From assembly GCA_051251855.1 (NCBI GenBank), contig JBPOGI010000002.1, forward strand, positions 512,001-576,000: a stretch of DNA of 64,000 nt, given 5' to 3'. Every line of letters starts with the position of its first letter. The first letter of the stretch is position 1. Made by a program: the position numbers and the translations under genes. Under the pieces are notes generated by a model that was not told the DNA's origin, made no database searches, and saw only the letters and a list, made by a program, of their open reading frames with translations. The DNA comes from Roseibacillus sp. (lineage in GTDB: Bacteria; Verrucomicrobiota; Verrucomicrobiia; Verrucomicrobiales; Akkermansiaceae). This document shows, piece after piece, positions 24,625 to 33,792 of this stretch.

Positions 24625-26307
24625 CTAAGGATTCTCAACTTCGAATTCATAGATTCCCGACTGGACGAGGATATCCTTACGTCCGTTCAGGTCCTGCATA
24701 AATTGGCAGCCAGCTGCGTCATCCAGAGACTTTCCTCCTTCGGTTACCACTGCTTTTTCGTCGCCGGGGAGTGAAATCACCCCAGTGGTGTTCGGTGGGA
24801 TCGTAACTTTCGCGTTGAGACCCTTCTCGGTAGTCTTCCAATGAATTGCGAGTTGACCGTATGGAGTTTCGTGGTGGGCCTTCACTTCGGTGATGGAGCC
24901 GTCTTTAGGAATGAATGGTGAGATGCGGCTCGTCTTAAATCCGGGGGCTTGATTGATGAATCCCGCTAAAAAGCTCATCATCCACTCCGAGGTGCATGCG
25001 AGCGCTACCTCGGAAGGTCCTGCGCCTTCTTTACCAAAGCTCTTTGCTAGCTCCACTGCCTGTTCGTGGTGGTCAGTCCAACTGAGAACGGGGAGGACAG
25101 CAGAGGTTCCGTAGATTCCAGCTTTCAATCCTTCTTTTTTAAGTCGTTCGGCCAGTTTATCCGCAATGGGCTGTTTCGCTTCTGGGGGAAGTAGACCAAA
25201 ACGTAGGGCTAAAATTTGTGCTGTTTGTGATTTTTCCGTCAAATTGCCATCCTGATCAAGAAAGCTCTTTTGGAATCCTCTCGCTGTCCGGCCATACCAT
25301 TCTTTGTGCTGGATGATGTAGGGCAGATGGCCAATTGCGGTGGCCATTTCTGAGAGTATTCTGCAATCGAGGGCGAAGAAGCAGAGGGAAAGAAATTCGG
25401 GAGAAGTGGGGTCGTCCAAATGTCCGAAATCACCTCGGTCTTTACCAAATGTCTTTCCTGAAAAGTCGGGGTCGTTTCGTTGAATCGCTCCTACGTGGTC
25501 CACTGCTGCTTGAAAGACATTTTCTACAAGGGATATGTCTCCATCCAATTGCCAAAGTGCAAAAGGAATCACTATCGCGGCATCGGAGTGACCGGAGGCA
25601 GGCTCGGCAAATTCAGGATCCCCAGCAATGGTCGGGAAGGTCTTGTCTTCGTTTGCTGCAGCAACGAACTCTTTGACCCAAGGATTGTAGTATTCATTCA
25701 GTTTCGCTTGGAATGCATAGCCTCTGGCTGTCAGTTGCAGTGGTGCTGCAGCGGGCAGTTCTTCGGGCTCGAAGGAGGGTGGGGTGGTGAGGTTCTTCTT
25801 TTGATTGGTTACAGTGGCTTTAAAGAGTGCGTTCAGTACGGGATCAGAGGAGGAAAAGTTACCGATAGGCTGTGTGACTTTTTTCGCCTCACCCTCAGCG
25901 CCTCTTGGCTCTTTTGATATTGAGAACGGGGCGGGAGCACTCCAATTCCCGAGCTTACCTTCGATATTAGAGAGTCGAACTTTCCAATAGTAGGTTTGCT
26001 CACTCTTGAGCTCAGGACCGCTGTATTCAACAAGGTGCGATTGAGGAGAGTCGGTCTGCTTCGAATCCCAAATCAAATCTCCGTCGGACTTGATGGCCTC
26101 GGCGTCTTTTCCCAAAAGGATGTGGTAACTCTTCTGCAATTGGCCGCGACCCTCGCTTTGGACCTTCCAAGAAAATTGAAGTGAGGGTTTCTCATCTTGC
26201 CATCGGACTTGAGATGAAACAGAAGCAATGTTCATTTCACCGATTTTTTGTCCGTGGACCGTGGAGATGAAGGTGAGAATGAGGAGGAGAAGCTTAGGTC
26301 GATTCAT
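24625..26307 (-). CDS. Alpha-L-rhamnosidase (GH78)-related protein, shortened and catalytically degenerate
   Basis: N-terminal FSW...Q..YHI...LIWDS...YYWKVR domain, FSSSDPVLN, SQTAQILAL, C-terminal TPYGQLAIHW...VTIPPNTT. Canonical DCPQRDER and TTxWERW motifs not found. Confidence 0.75.
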   Translation of the reverse strand: MNRPKLLLLILTFISTVHGQKIGEMNIASVSSQVRWQDEKPSLQFSWKVQSEGRGQLQKSYHILLGKDAEAIKSDGDLIWDSKQTDSPQSHLVEYSGPELKSEQTYYWKVRLSNIEGKLGNWSAPAPFSISKEPRGAEGEAKKVTQPIGNFSSSDPVLNALFKATVTNQKKNLTTPPSFEPEELPAAAPLQLTARGYAFQAKLNEYYNPWVKEFVAAANEDKTFPTIAGDPEFAEPASGHSDAAIVIPFALWQLDGDISLVENVFQAAVDHVGAIQRNDPDFSGKTFGKDRGDFGHLDDPTSPEFLSLCFFALDCRILSEMATAIGHLPYIIQHKEWYGRTARGFQKSFLDQDGNLTEKSQTAQILALRFGLLPPEAKQPIADKLAERLKKEGLKAGIYGTSAVLPVLSWTDHHEQAVELAKSFGKEGAGPSEVALACTSEWMMSFLAGFINQAPGFKTSRISPFIPKDGSITEVKAHHETPYGQLAIHWKTTEKGLNAKVTIPPNTTGVISLPGDEKAVVTEGGKSLDDAAGCQFMQDLNGRKDILVQSGIYEFEVENP

Positions 26308-26514
26308 TGATGCCTTGTGTTCGCTTTTGAAAGTCGATTCGTCAAGTCGCTACCGAGCTCGAGAACAAGATTTGAAAGCGAGGCTTTGTTGTCAGAGTCT
26401 GAGTTCTTCTCAGCCAGAGATCTTTATCAACTAGATGATAATCAATCGCGGTGTTCTTTTTTGTAACGAAAGATTAAATTCGCAAAGAGCTGTGACTTCG
26501 TTCACTACAACCTT

Positions 26515-27594
26515 ATGTCGAAATACTCTATATCTCTTCTAAAGAAACTCACCGAGGCCCACTCAGTTTCTGGATTCGAAGACGAAGTGCGCGTAATTTT
26601 TAAGGATGAACTCTCGCCTCACGGCGCAATAGGCTACGATCGTTTAGGCTCCATCTATTGCCGTGCGTCTCAGTCTCAAGAAGGGCCTCGTATTCTTGTC
26701 GCAGGCCATATGGATGAGGTGGGTTTCAGGGTGCAGGCCATCAATCCGGCAGGGTTTCTCACCTTTGTGCCAGTCGGTGGGTGGTGGGGTCATAATCTCT
26801 TGGCTCAACGCGTGGAGATTAAGACTAGGTCGGGTCGTAAAATAACGGGAGTCGTTGCGTCTAAACCACCTCACTTCTTGACTCAGGCCGAGCGTGCGAA
26901 GGTGCAGGAACTTGATGCTATGTTTATAGATCTGGCTGCTGACTCGGCCGAGGAAGTAAGCGAGTGGGGGATTCGGGTCGGAGATCCTGTGGCTCCCGTT
27001 AGTATGTTTCAAGAGACCGCTCACCCAGAGCGCTTTTTAGCCAAGGCTTTTGATAATCGCATTGGAATGGCTGGCGCCATTGAAGTTGGAGGTGAGCTAT
27101 TGGGCTCGCACCCGAATCTTTTCGTTGCTGGAACGGTGCAGGAGGAAGTTGGTCTTCGGGGCTCCCGAACTCTCGCTAACGAAGTTAAACCTGATGTGGC
27201 TATTGTCCTTGAAGGACCGCCAGCCGACGACACACCAGGACAAGACCTTTCTATGAGCCAAGGTATTCTTGGTGGGGGAGTGCAAATTCGGCTACATGAT
27301 CCGAGCGCAATTATGAATCCTCGCTTAGTTGATCTTGCGCTTTCGCTAGCTGAGTCAGAGGGAATCAAGCATCAGGTGACTGTTCGTCGCAGTGGCGGGA
27401 CCGACGCAGGAGGATTTCATCTCTCTAACAACGGAGTGCCCTGCATCGTGCTTGGTGTTCCCGCTCGCTATATTCATTCTCACAACGGAATTATTGAGCT
27501 CAGCGACTATCGGGCAATGGTAAATCTTACTCAAGAATTGGTGAAAGCTCTTACTGTCGATGGAGCCAAGTCACTAATAAACTATTCACATTGA
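26515..27594 (+). CDS. M42 family metallopeptidase
   Basis: SGFEDEV, AGHMDEVG, KAFDNRIG, TVQEEVGLRG, GGTDAG, RYIHS. Confidence 0.95.
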   Translation: MSKYSISLLKKLTEAHSVSGFEDEVRVIFKDELSPHGAIGYDRLGSIYCRASQSQEGPRILVAGHMDEVGFRVQAINPAGFLTFVPVGGWWGHNLLAQRVEIKTRSGRKITGVVASKPPHFLTQAERAKVQELDAMFIDLAADSAEEVSEWGIRVGDPVAPVSMFQETAHPERFLAKAFDNRIGMAGAIEVGGELLGSHPNLFVAGTVQEEVGLRGSRTLANEVKPDVAIVLEGPPADDTPGQDLSMSQGILGGGVQIRLHDPSAIMNPRLVDLALSLAESEGIKHQVTVRRSGGTDAGGFHLSNNGVPCIVLGVPARYIHSHNGIIELSDYRAMVNLTQELVKALTVDGAKSLINYSH

Positions 27595-27805
27595 GGGCCT
27601 TTAAACGGTGAACTTCCTTTTTAAGCTTTGCTCGGTTATTGGAAAAACGACCGTCATTTTCCCTGAATATGAACTAAAGAAAGGTTAACTATCTGTTAGT
27701 GCGCGCCTTTGCATTCTGTGTAACTATTTTATTTTTAGTGTTTTACGGGATTTTTGAACTCCTGTTGGGAATTCCTTTTTTTCTCGCCTAACACTGAAAA
27801 AAAAA

Positions 27806-27835
27806 TTGACCTAGTTGTGCTTCGGTAGCTACAGT
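27806..27835 (+). promoter_or_regulatory. Candidate sigma70 promoter with upstream A-tract
   Basis: TTGACC-N18-TACAGT preceded by an A-run in an AT-rich intergenic region, 80 nt before ATG 27916. Confidence 0.45.
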
Positions 27836-27915
27836 GACAGCGGATTGCCTGCGGAATACAAATAAGACCACCCAAGTCCGAAAATCATTTCGGCAAAAAC
27901 TTACGAAAAAACATC

Positions 27916-28905
27916 ATGAAAATGACAACATTAAAATCAGTAGCTATCGTCGCTGGACTTGCGTCCTCCGCGTTTGGCCAGGCAACGTCCCCAGTTGTGG
28001 GATACGAAACCATCTCCCTCCTCAATGATTCTTTCAATCTAGCTGGCGTGAGACTTCACGGCAAAGCTGCTGTTGAGAGCTCATTCACTAGTTCTACCGA
28101 CACAACTTTGGTCGACTCTTCAGCCCCATTTGGTGCTCTTGACGCTGGCACAACGTATGTTGTTGAGTTGGCTGACGGTTCTTTCATTACTGCTCTTGGG
28201 TCAGATTTTTCGGCAGACACTTTGACAGTAGCCGCTGGCGGTTTGACTGGCATGGAGCAAGGTTTCACCCTTCGGACCGCAAGCACGCTTGATTCTGTCT
28301 TTGGCGCCGCCAACACCGCAGGACTTACCTCCTCTACCACAGGTAACCCCGTCGGGACTGATAAAGTTTGGGTCCCCAATGGCACTGGTGGTTTTACTCA
28401 GTATTTCCATGCAGATGTTGCCAATTTCGGCACGGGTTGGGTTGAAGTCGGAACTACCACTTTCGTGGGCGATTCCGTTGTTCTCGAGCCAGGCGTAGGT
28501 TTCTTCATCGTTACCGAAGGAACTGCTTCTCCCGCATCGGTTGTTATCTCAGGTGCTGTGAAAACAAATCCTACGATGTTTAGCGTCAATCAAGAGTTCA
28601 ATTTGTTGTCCAGTGAGTATCCTGCGGGATTGACTCTGGATGAGTCTGGGCTTTCTGCTTTTGTCACTGCCTCTACTACAGGTAACCCTGTCGGAGCAGA
28701 CGCCGTTTGGATTCCCAACGGAACAGGCGGATTCACTCAGTATTTCTTCGCAGATATTCCAAATTTCGGCTCTGGCTGGGCTCAGGTCGGGACCACCACC
28801 TTCGTCGGTGATACCGTAGAGTTGACATCTGGTTTCTATCTCGTAGACACTGATGGTTCGGGTGGAGGTGCAATCAGCGCCCCATCTTTTTACAGCTCCC
28901 TCTAA
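27916..28905 (+). CDS. Secreted acidic Gly/Thr/Ser-rich protein with internal duplication (resembles verrucomicrobial TIGR02597-type proteins)
   Basis: Signal peptide then ATSPVVGYETISL; TLDSVFG; duplicated STTGNPVG.D.VW.PNGTGGFTQYF.AD..NFG.GW..VGTTTFVGD. Confidence 0.8.
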   Translation: MKMTTLKSVAIVAGLASSAFGQATSPVVGYETISLLNDSFNLAGVRLHGKAAVESSFTSSTDTTLVDSSAPFGALDAGTTYVVELADGSFITALGSDFSADTLTVAAGGLTGMEQGFTLRTASTLDSVFGAANTAGLTSSTTGNPVGTDKVWVPNGTGGFTQYFHADVANFGTGWVEVGTTTFVGDSVVLEPGVGFFIVTEGTASPASVVISGAVKTNPTMFSVNQEFNLLSSEYPAGLTLDESGLSAFVTASTTGNPVGADAVWIPNGTGGFTQYFFADIPNFGSGWAQVGTTTFVGDTVELTSGFYLVDTDGSGGGAISAPSFYSSL

Positions 28906-28940
28906 ACTTTGTCTTTTAAGTTCACAATTCTATTAAAAAT

Positions 28941-29525
28941 ATGAAATACACACTATTAACATTGATTGCTTCCGCAGGTTTTGCGTCTGCAGTCTTAAAC
29001 GTTAGCACCAACGGTGCTAATGGAATGTCGATGCTTACCAATGCTGGAACCCCCATCGCTGATGGCACAGGGTTCGCTGCTGTTGGAACATGGGCTGGCG
29101 GTCCAGTTACTGGAATTCTTTCTCCAGCTGAGTTGGCTGCAGGCTTTACTTTGGCTCCTGATGGTCAAGGCGAGTCTATCGTTCCTATTGTAACTGCAGT
29201 TGGTTTCACCAGTTCTGTTGTTGGTACTTTCAATATCCAGAATGTTGACAACGCTGCTGCCGGAACCGGCGGTGTCGTTGACCTCTTGGTATTTGTTGGG
29301 CCTTCGATTGATCTTGCGACCGAGGCATTCATCTACCGTTTAGATGGAACTTCTTTTCCTGAAGGTGCTGCGAACGTCAACATCGCTCAATACGAAGGAA
29401 CAGGTGGAACTGTTATCTACGGCCGAAGCGGTACTCAAGCTGCTTTGACTGTCATTCCTGAGCCTTCATCTGTGCTCCTCGGTGGACTTGCTCTCCTTGG
29501 TGGGCTTGCTCGCCGTCGTCGATAG
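28941..29525 (+). CDS. PEP-CTERM sorting domain protein
   Basis: Signal peptide; C-terminus VIPEPSSVLLGGLALLGGLARRRR. Confidence 0.93.
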   Translation: MKYTLLTLIASAGFASAVLNVSTNGANGMSMLTNAGTPIADGTGFAAVGTWAGGPVTGILSPAELAAGFTLAPDGQGESIVPIVTAVGFTSSVVGTFNIQNVDNAAAGTGGVVDLLVFVGPSIDLATEAFIYRLDGTSFPEGAANVNIAQYEGTGGTVIYGRSGTQAALTVIPEPSSVLLGGLALLGGLARRRR

Positions 29526-29551
29526 TCGATTGTAAGTTTACTACTGATTTT

Positions 29552-29586
29552 AAGCCGCCTGTCTCCTTGTGAGTCAGGCGGTTTTT
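29552..29586 (+). terminator. Rho-independent terminator
   Basis: AAGCCGCCTG...CAGGCGGTTTTT, 27 nt after the stop. Confidence 0.75.
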
Positions 29587-29921
29587 ATGTGTACTTGAGG
29601 GATGCTTCTTAAGCTTTTTAATTTTGCAGAGAAGAAAATTAATTTGGATTACAAGGAGTTGTGAAAGTTAACGAAGTAGGGGTTACGAGGAAATGATTGG
29701 TCCTGGGTTCAAGAGGTAGAGCTAAAGAGCTTAGAAGTAGCGACCAATGAATCACGATATTCGACGACTTCTAAGGGGATCTTGAAAGAGGTGGTTTGTG
29801 GAGGAAATCTCCCAAGCTACATTTTAAACAGAGTCATTCAGAACGGACTGTATCTTATAAATTTTTTTCTATGGTTAATTGGAATTCAATTGGCTCTACG
29901 TTTTTTGGTTCTAAGATAATC

Positions 29922-32900
29922 ATGGAAATGGTCATAGTTTATCGAAATTACGCCCGTCACTATCGAACTCTCTTAGCGCTTGGAGCACTTTTAAGCTACC
30001 AGCTGGTCCGTGGAGAACTTCAATTTGTTGATGTGACGGCTGCTGCAGGAATTACCCACGTCTATGATGGAAGTGGAGAAACGGGAGTAACCCTAGATAG
30101 CCAATGGAGGATATTTGCTGGTGGAGCGGTTGCCGAAGATTTTGATGGTGATGGATGGATTGACATCTTCGTGCTTCAGTCACCGGGTGTTTCCTCACAC
30201 CTTTACATGAACAATCAAGATGGCACTTTCACGGACTTGGCGAGCGTGAAGGGCGCCAATCTTACAGGTCAATTTTATGGAACGGCTGCTGCCGACTACG
30301 ACAGAGACGGTGACATCGACATCGTCGCTACTTCAATTGATTCGCAGCATGTCCTCTTGGTAAACGATGGCTTTGGCAGTTTCGCAAAAGTCGAGGGGAT
30401 GTTTCCCAAGCCTGTCTCTCGTGGTTCAGGCGTGAGTTGGGCTGATTTGGACAACGATGGTCTGTTAGAGGTGGCGATAGGGACATGGTCCAATGACAGT
30501 GATTCCACTCTGAATATCTATCATAACGAGGGGGCTGGACAATTGACTCTGCGGCAGTCCTATGTTCGCAACTGGATTTTTAGCCCTCACTTTGTGGACC
30601 TAGATTTAGATGGTGATCAAGATTTAGTTTCCGTGGCGGATTTTTCTTCGACAACAACATTACTGAATCGGAGGGGCTTGCTCTACCCTCATGGAACGAG
30701 CGACGTTCAAAATGGAATGGGGGTGGCTTCGGCCGACCTTAATCATGATGGAGCGGTGGATTTATTTATCTCGTCGATCAGAGACTACGCCCCCCCGTTT
30801 CAAAGTACTTGGGGAGCGACAGGAAATCGCCTTTTACTCAATGATGGAGAGGGTGATCTTTTAGATCACACGACATTATCAGGGACGAGAGATGGGAATT
30901 GGGGATGGGGAAGCGTTCTCGCCGACCTCGATAACGATGGGGATCATGACCTTTTCCATGTAAACGGATATCCTGCAACAGTTCTAGATCCGAATTTTAC
31001 GACTCAATTTGATCAAGAACCGGCGAGGCTCTTTGAGAACAATGGAGACCTCACCTTTACGGATGTTGCCGCAGCAGCGGGAGCGACAGCGTTGAATCAA
31101 CAAGGGCGTTGCGCCATTGCTTTTGATTTCGATCGAGATGGAGACCAAGATTTGTTTATCCACAACAACTCTTCGGTCACCTCCAATGGTTCTGAGCCAA
31201 TTCTTTCCGCGGGGACTCCTGTTCTTCTGCGGAATGAAAGTAATACCGGAAACCATTGGATAAGTGTTTCCTTGGAGGGGAAGGCTCTTCCGCATCACTC
31301 GCATGGAATGGGCGCTCGTATTGCGGTAAGGACAGGAAGCAAGACCCAAACACATCAAGTGAATGCCTCTACTGGCTATAATGGTCATGGACCTAACAGG
31401 ATAGCACATATTGGAATCGGCTCCTTGTTGTCGATTGATGAGCTTTTGGTCACTTGGACTACCGGTGATGTGACAGTGATTGGTTCTCCACCTATCGATA
31501 CTGATTTTGTAGTCGCGAGTCCGCCTGGGGAGCTCAATCAACGCTCATTTTCCTTAGGGCAAACCTTGGAGGGTAATGTTCCTGTATCCGAAATTCCAAG
31601 CGGAGGTTCTGTGGCTTGGTCTTACCAAGGTACGTCCTATTCGAACCCCTGTTCAATTCCTATCGCGACTGCGGGTGATTTTGAGCTGGTTTCCAAAGTT
31701 TATGATTCGATGGCGAACTTAGTTCGAGAGGATCGATTTCCAATTGAAGTGGTTGATTCGGCGATATCTCAGCATACGGTAGCTAGGCTTTGGAATGAAG
31801 AAAACCTCGATGCGATTCGAGTCGATTTTCCTGACCCCACGAAACATGCTCGCAATCTGTTTCATACTTCCGTGGCGATGTGGGATGCTTGGGCTTTTTA
31901 CGACTCCAGCGCGGCTGGATATTATAGTTTAGATAAAGTGAGTGGCTCGTGGACTGTCGAAGAACGAAATTCGGCGATCAGTTATGCTGCTTATCGGGTT
32001 TTGGCCAATCGTTATGCCAGCTCGGTTAATTTTACCACTACCCTGGCTTCTTTGGAGTTGAGAATGGAGAGTCTAGGTCTGGACTCCGGTATTACGACAA
32101 CGGTGGGAAATTCTCCTGCCGCTATCGGCAATCGCGTCGCCGCGAGTGTCTTGCAGGCTGCTGCGTCAGATCGTTGGGATGATTTGGAGACCTTCGCGGG
32201 TGGAGTTTATTCTCCGGCCAATATACCTCTTCAAGTGAATCAACCTGATCTTGGAATCATCATGGCTGATAAGAATCGCTGGCAGCCTCTCAGGTTTATC
32301 TTAGCTTTTTCACAGAATGGAGAAGTGAGCACTCCTCTCCAAAGTTTCTTAGGAGCTAATTGGGGAGGGGTAAGAAATTTTTCACTAGGAATACGGGAAC
32401 CTGGAGCGCTTCTCTATTTGGACCCAGGTGCTCCTCCTTATCTTGGCGGTTCTACTGATGCTTTGTTTAAAGAGGGGACTCTGAACGTTATTCGGGCAAG
32501 CCGAGACCTTCATGTGGATAGTTTGGCCCAGATCAATACTTCTCCTGGAGCGATGGGGAATAATTCTTTAGGTCAGAACGATGGTTCAGGTTATCCGATG
32601 AATCCGGAGACAGGGCAGCCTTATTCGGATAGTCTTGTTCCCTTGGGTGACTTTGGAAGAGTCCTTGCGGAATTTTGGGCAGACGGACCTGATTCCGAGA
32701 CTCCTCCAGGGCATTGGAATACCTTAGCGAATAGGATCAATGATAGTCCTAATTTCAGCAGGAAATTTGAGGGCGAAGGAGCGGAGCTTGATTCGTTAGA
32801 GTGGGATGTGAAGCTTTACTTGGCGCTCAATGGTGCACTACATGATGCTGCTATCGTCGCTTGGGGAACGAAGCGGGTCTATGACTATGTTCGCCCGATT

Positions 32901-33752
32901 AGTGCTATCCGTTATATGGCGTCGCAAGGGCAGTCAACGAATCCTGATGGAGCTTCTTATGATCCCGATGGACTTCCTTTAGAGGCAGGTTTGGTGGAGA
33001 TGATCACTGCGGCAACGGCGGCCCCTGGGGAGAAGCATGAGCACTTGGCCTCTGCTGTCGGAGAAGTTGCCATCTTTGCGTGGAGCGCCGCAAATGAAGA
33101 TGTTGTCGATGGTGTGGGCGAAGTTGGCTGGGTGAGAGCGAAGGAGTGGATCCCTTACCAAGCCGCCACGTTCGTGACTCCTGCATTTGCGGGCTATGTC
33201 TCTGGTCATAGCGTCTTTAGTCGCTCCGCTGCGGAGGTGTTGACCCAGTTTACTGGTTCACCCTATTTTCCTGAGGGAGAAGGATCCTTTACCGCAAAAG
33301 CTAATTCTTTCTTGGGCTTTGACCGTGGTCCGTCGCAGGACGTGCATCTTCGGTGGGCAACTTATTACGATGCTTCGGATCAAGCTGGTTTGTCCCGGAT
33401 TTATGGAGGTATTCACTTTCCGGTCGACGACGGTCCGGGGCGTGTTATGGGCTCTGAATGTGGGAAGCGTGCTTTTGGCCTCAGTAAGAAATATTTTGAT
33501 GGTTCGATTCGAACTGAAATTCCTGAGATTGAGATGCGAGGGCTGGCGGGGAATCTTGTGAACATACATTCAAGTTCGATACCGGGTCGGTTTTATCGTA
33601 TCGAATCATCTGATTCGCTGGAGACAGGCTCGTTTGCTCCTCTAACATCATGGTCACAGGCGGAAGAGCACAAGATAGAGTTCAGTGAGACTCTTAGCTC
33701 TTCAAGCGCTAGGCAATTCTTCCGAGTTGAACAGAGTGAGGTCGCAAATTAG
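29922..33752 (+). CDS. Secreted FG-GAP/ASPIC-UnbV (CRTAC1-like) protein fused to a vanadium-dependent haloperoxidase/PAP2-like domain
   Basis: Repeated DxDxDGxxD motifs, LRNE...HWISV.L, GARIAV, AHIGIG; then ARLWNE...AIRVD, EFWADGPDSETPPGHWN, KRVYDYVRP, TPAFAGYVSGHS, SRIYGGIHF. Start codon uncertain (29922 or 29928). Confidence 0.85.
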   Translation: MEMVIVYRNYARHYRTLLALGALLSYQLVRGELQFVDVTAAAGITHVYDGSGETGVTLDSQWRIFAGGAVAEDFDGDGWIDIFVLQSPGVSSHLYMNNQDGTFTDLASVKGANLTGQFYGTAAADYDRDGDIDIVATSIDSQHVLLVNDGFGSFAKVEGMFPKPVSRGSGVSWADLDNDGLLEVAIGTWSNDSDSTLNIYHNEGAGQLTLRQSYVRNWIFSPHFVDLDLDGDQDLVSVADFSSTTTLLNRRGLLYPHGTSDVQNGMGVASADLNHDGAVDLFISSIRDYAPPFQSTWGATGNRLLLNDGEGDLLDHTTLSGTRDGNWGWGSVLADLDNDGDHDLFHVNGYPATVLDPNFTTQFDQEPARLFENNGDLTFTDVAAAAGATALNQQGRCAIAFDFDRDGDQDLFIHNNSSVTSNGSEPILSAGTPVLLRNESNTGNHWISVSLEGKALPHHSHGMGARIAVRTGSKTQTHQVNASTGYNGHGPNRIAHIGIGSLLSIDELLVTWTTGDVTVIGSPPIDTDFVVASPPGELNQRSFSLGQTLEGNVPVSEIPSGGSVAWSYQGTSYSNPCSIPIATAGDFELVSKVYDSMANLVREDRFPIEVVDSAISQHTVARLWNEENLDAIRVDFPDPTKHARNLFHTSVAMWDAWAFYDSSAAGYYSLDKVSGSWTVEERNSAISYAAYRVLANRYASSVNFTTTLASLELRMESLGLDSGITTTVGNSPAAIGNRVAASVLQAAASDRWDDLETFAGGVYSPANIPLQVNQPDLGIIMADKNRWQPLRFILAFSQNGEVSTPLQSFLGANWGGVRNFSLGIREPGALLYLDPGAPPYLGGSTDALFKEGTLNVIRASRDLHVDSLAQINTSPGAMGNNSLGQNDGSGYPMNPETGQPYSDSLVPLGDFGRVLAEFWADGPDSETPPGHWNTLANRINDSPNFSRKFEGEGAELDSLEWDVKLYLALNGALHDAAIVAWGTKRVYDYVRPISAIRYMASQGQSTNPDGASYDPDGLPLEAGLVEMITAATAAPGEKHEHLASAVGEVAIFAWSAANEDVVDGVGEVGWVRAKEWIPYQAATFVTPAFAGYVSGHSVFSRSAAEVLTQFTGSPYFPEGEGSFTAKANSFLGFDRGPSQDVHLRWATYYDASDQAGLSRIYGGIHFPVDDGPGRVMGSECGKRAFGLSKKYFDGSIRTEIPEIEMRGLAGNLVNIHSSSIPGRFYRIESSDSLETGSFAPLTSWSQAEEHKIEFSETLSSSSARQFFRVEQSEVAN

Positions 33753-33792
33753 GAGTTGAGTAAAGAAAGCGCGATAATTTGAAGTGGATTTT

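Noticed and set aside
28331..28817. Direct repeat as CRISPR or DGR template/variable repeat
   Set aside because: Only two copies, in frame inside one CDS, differing largely at synonymous positions rather than adenine-specifically; no reverse transcriptase or cas gene.
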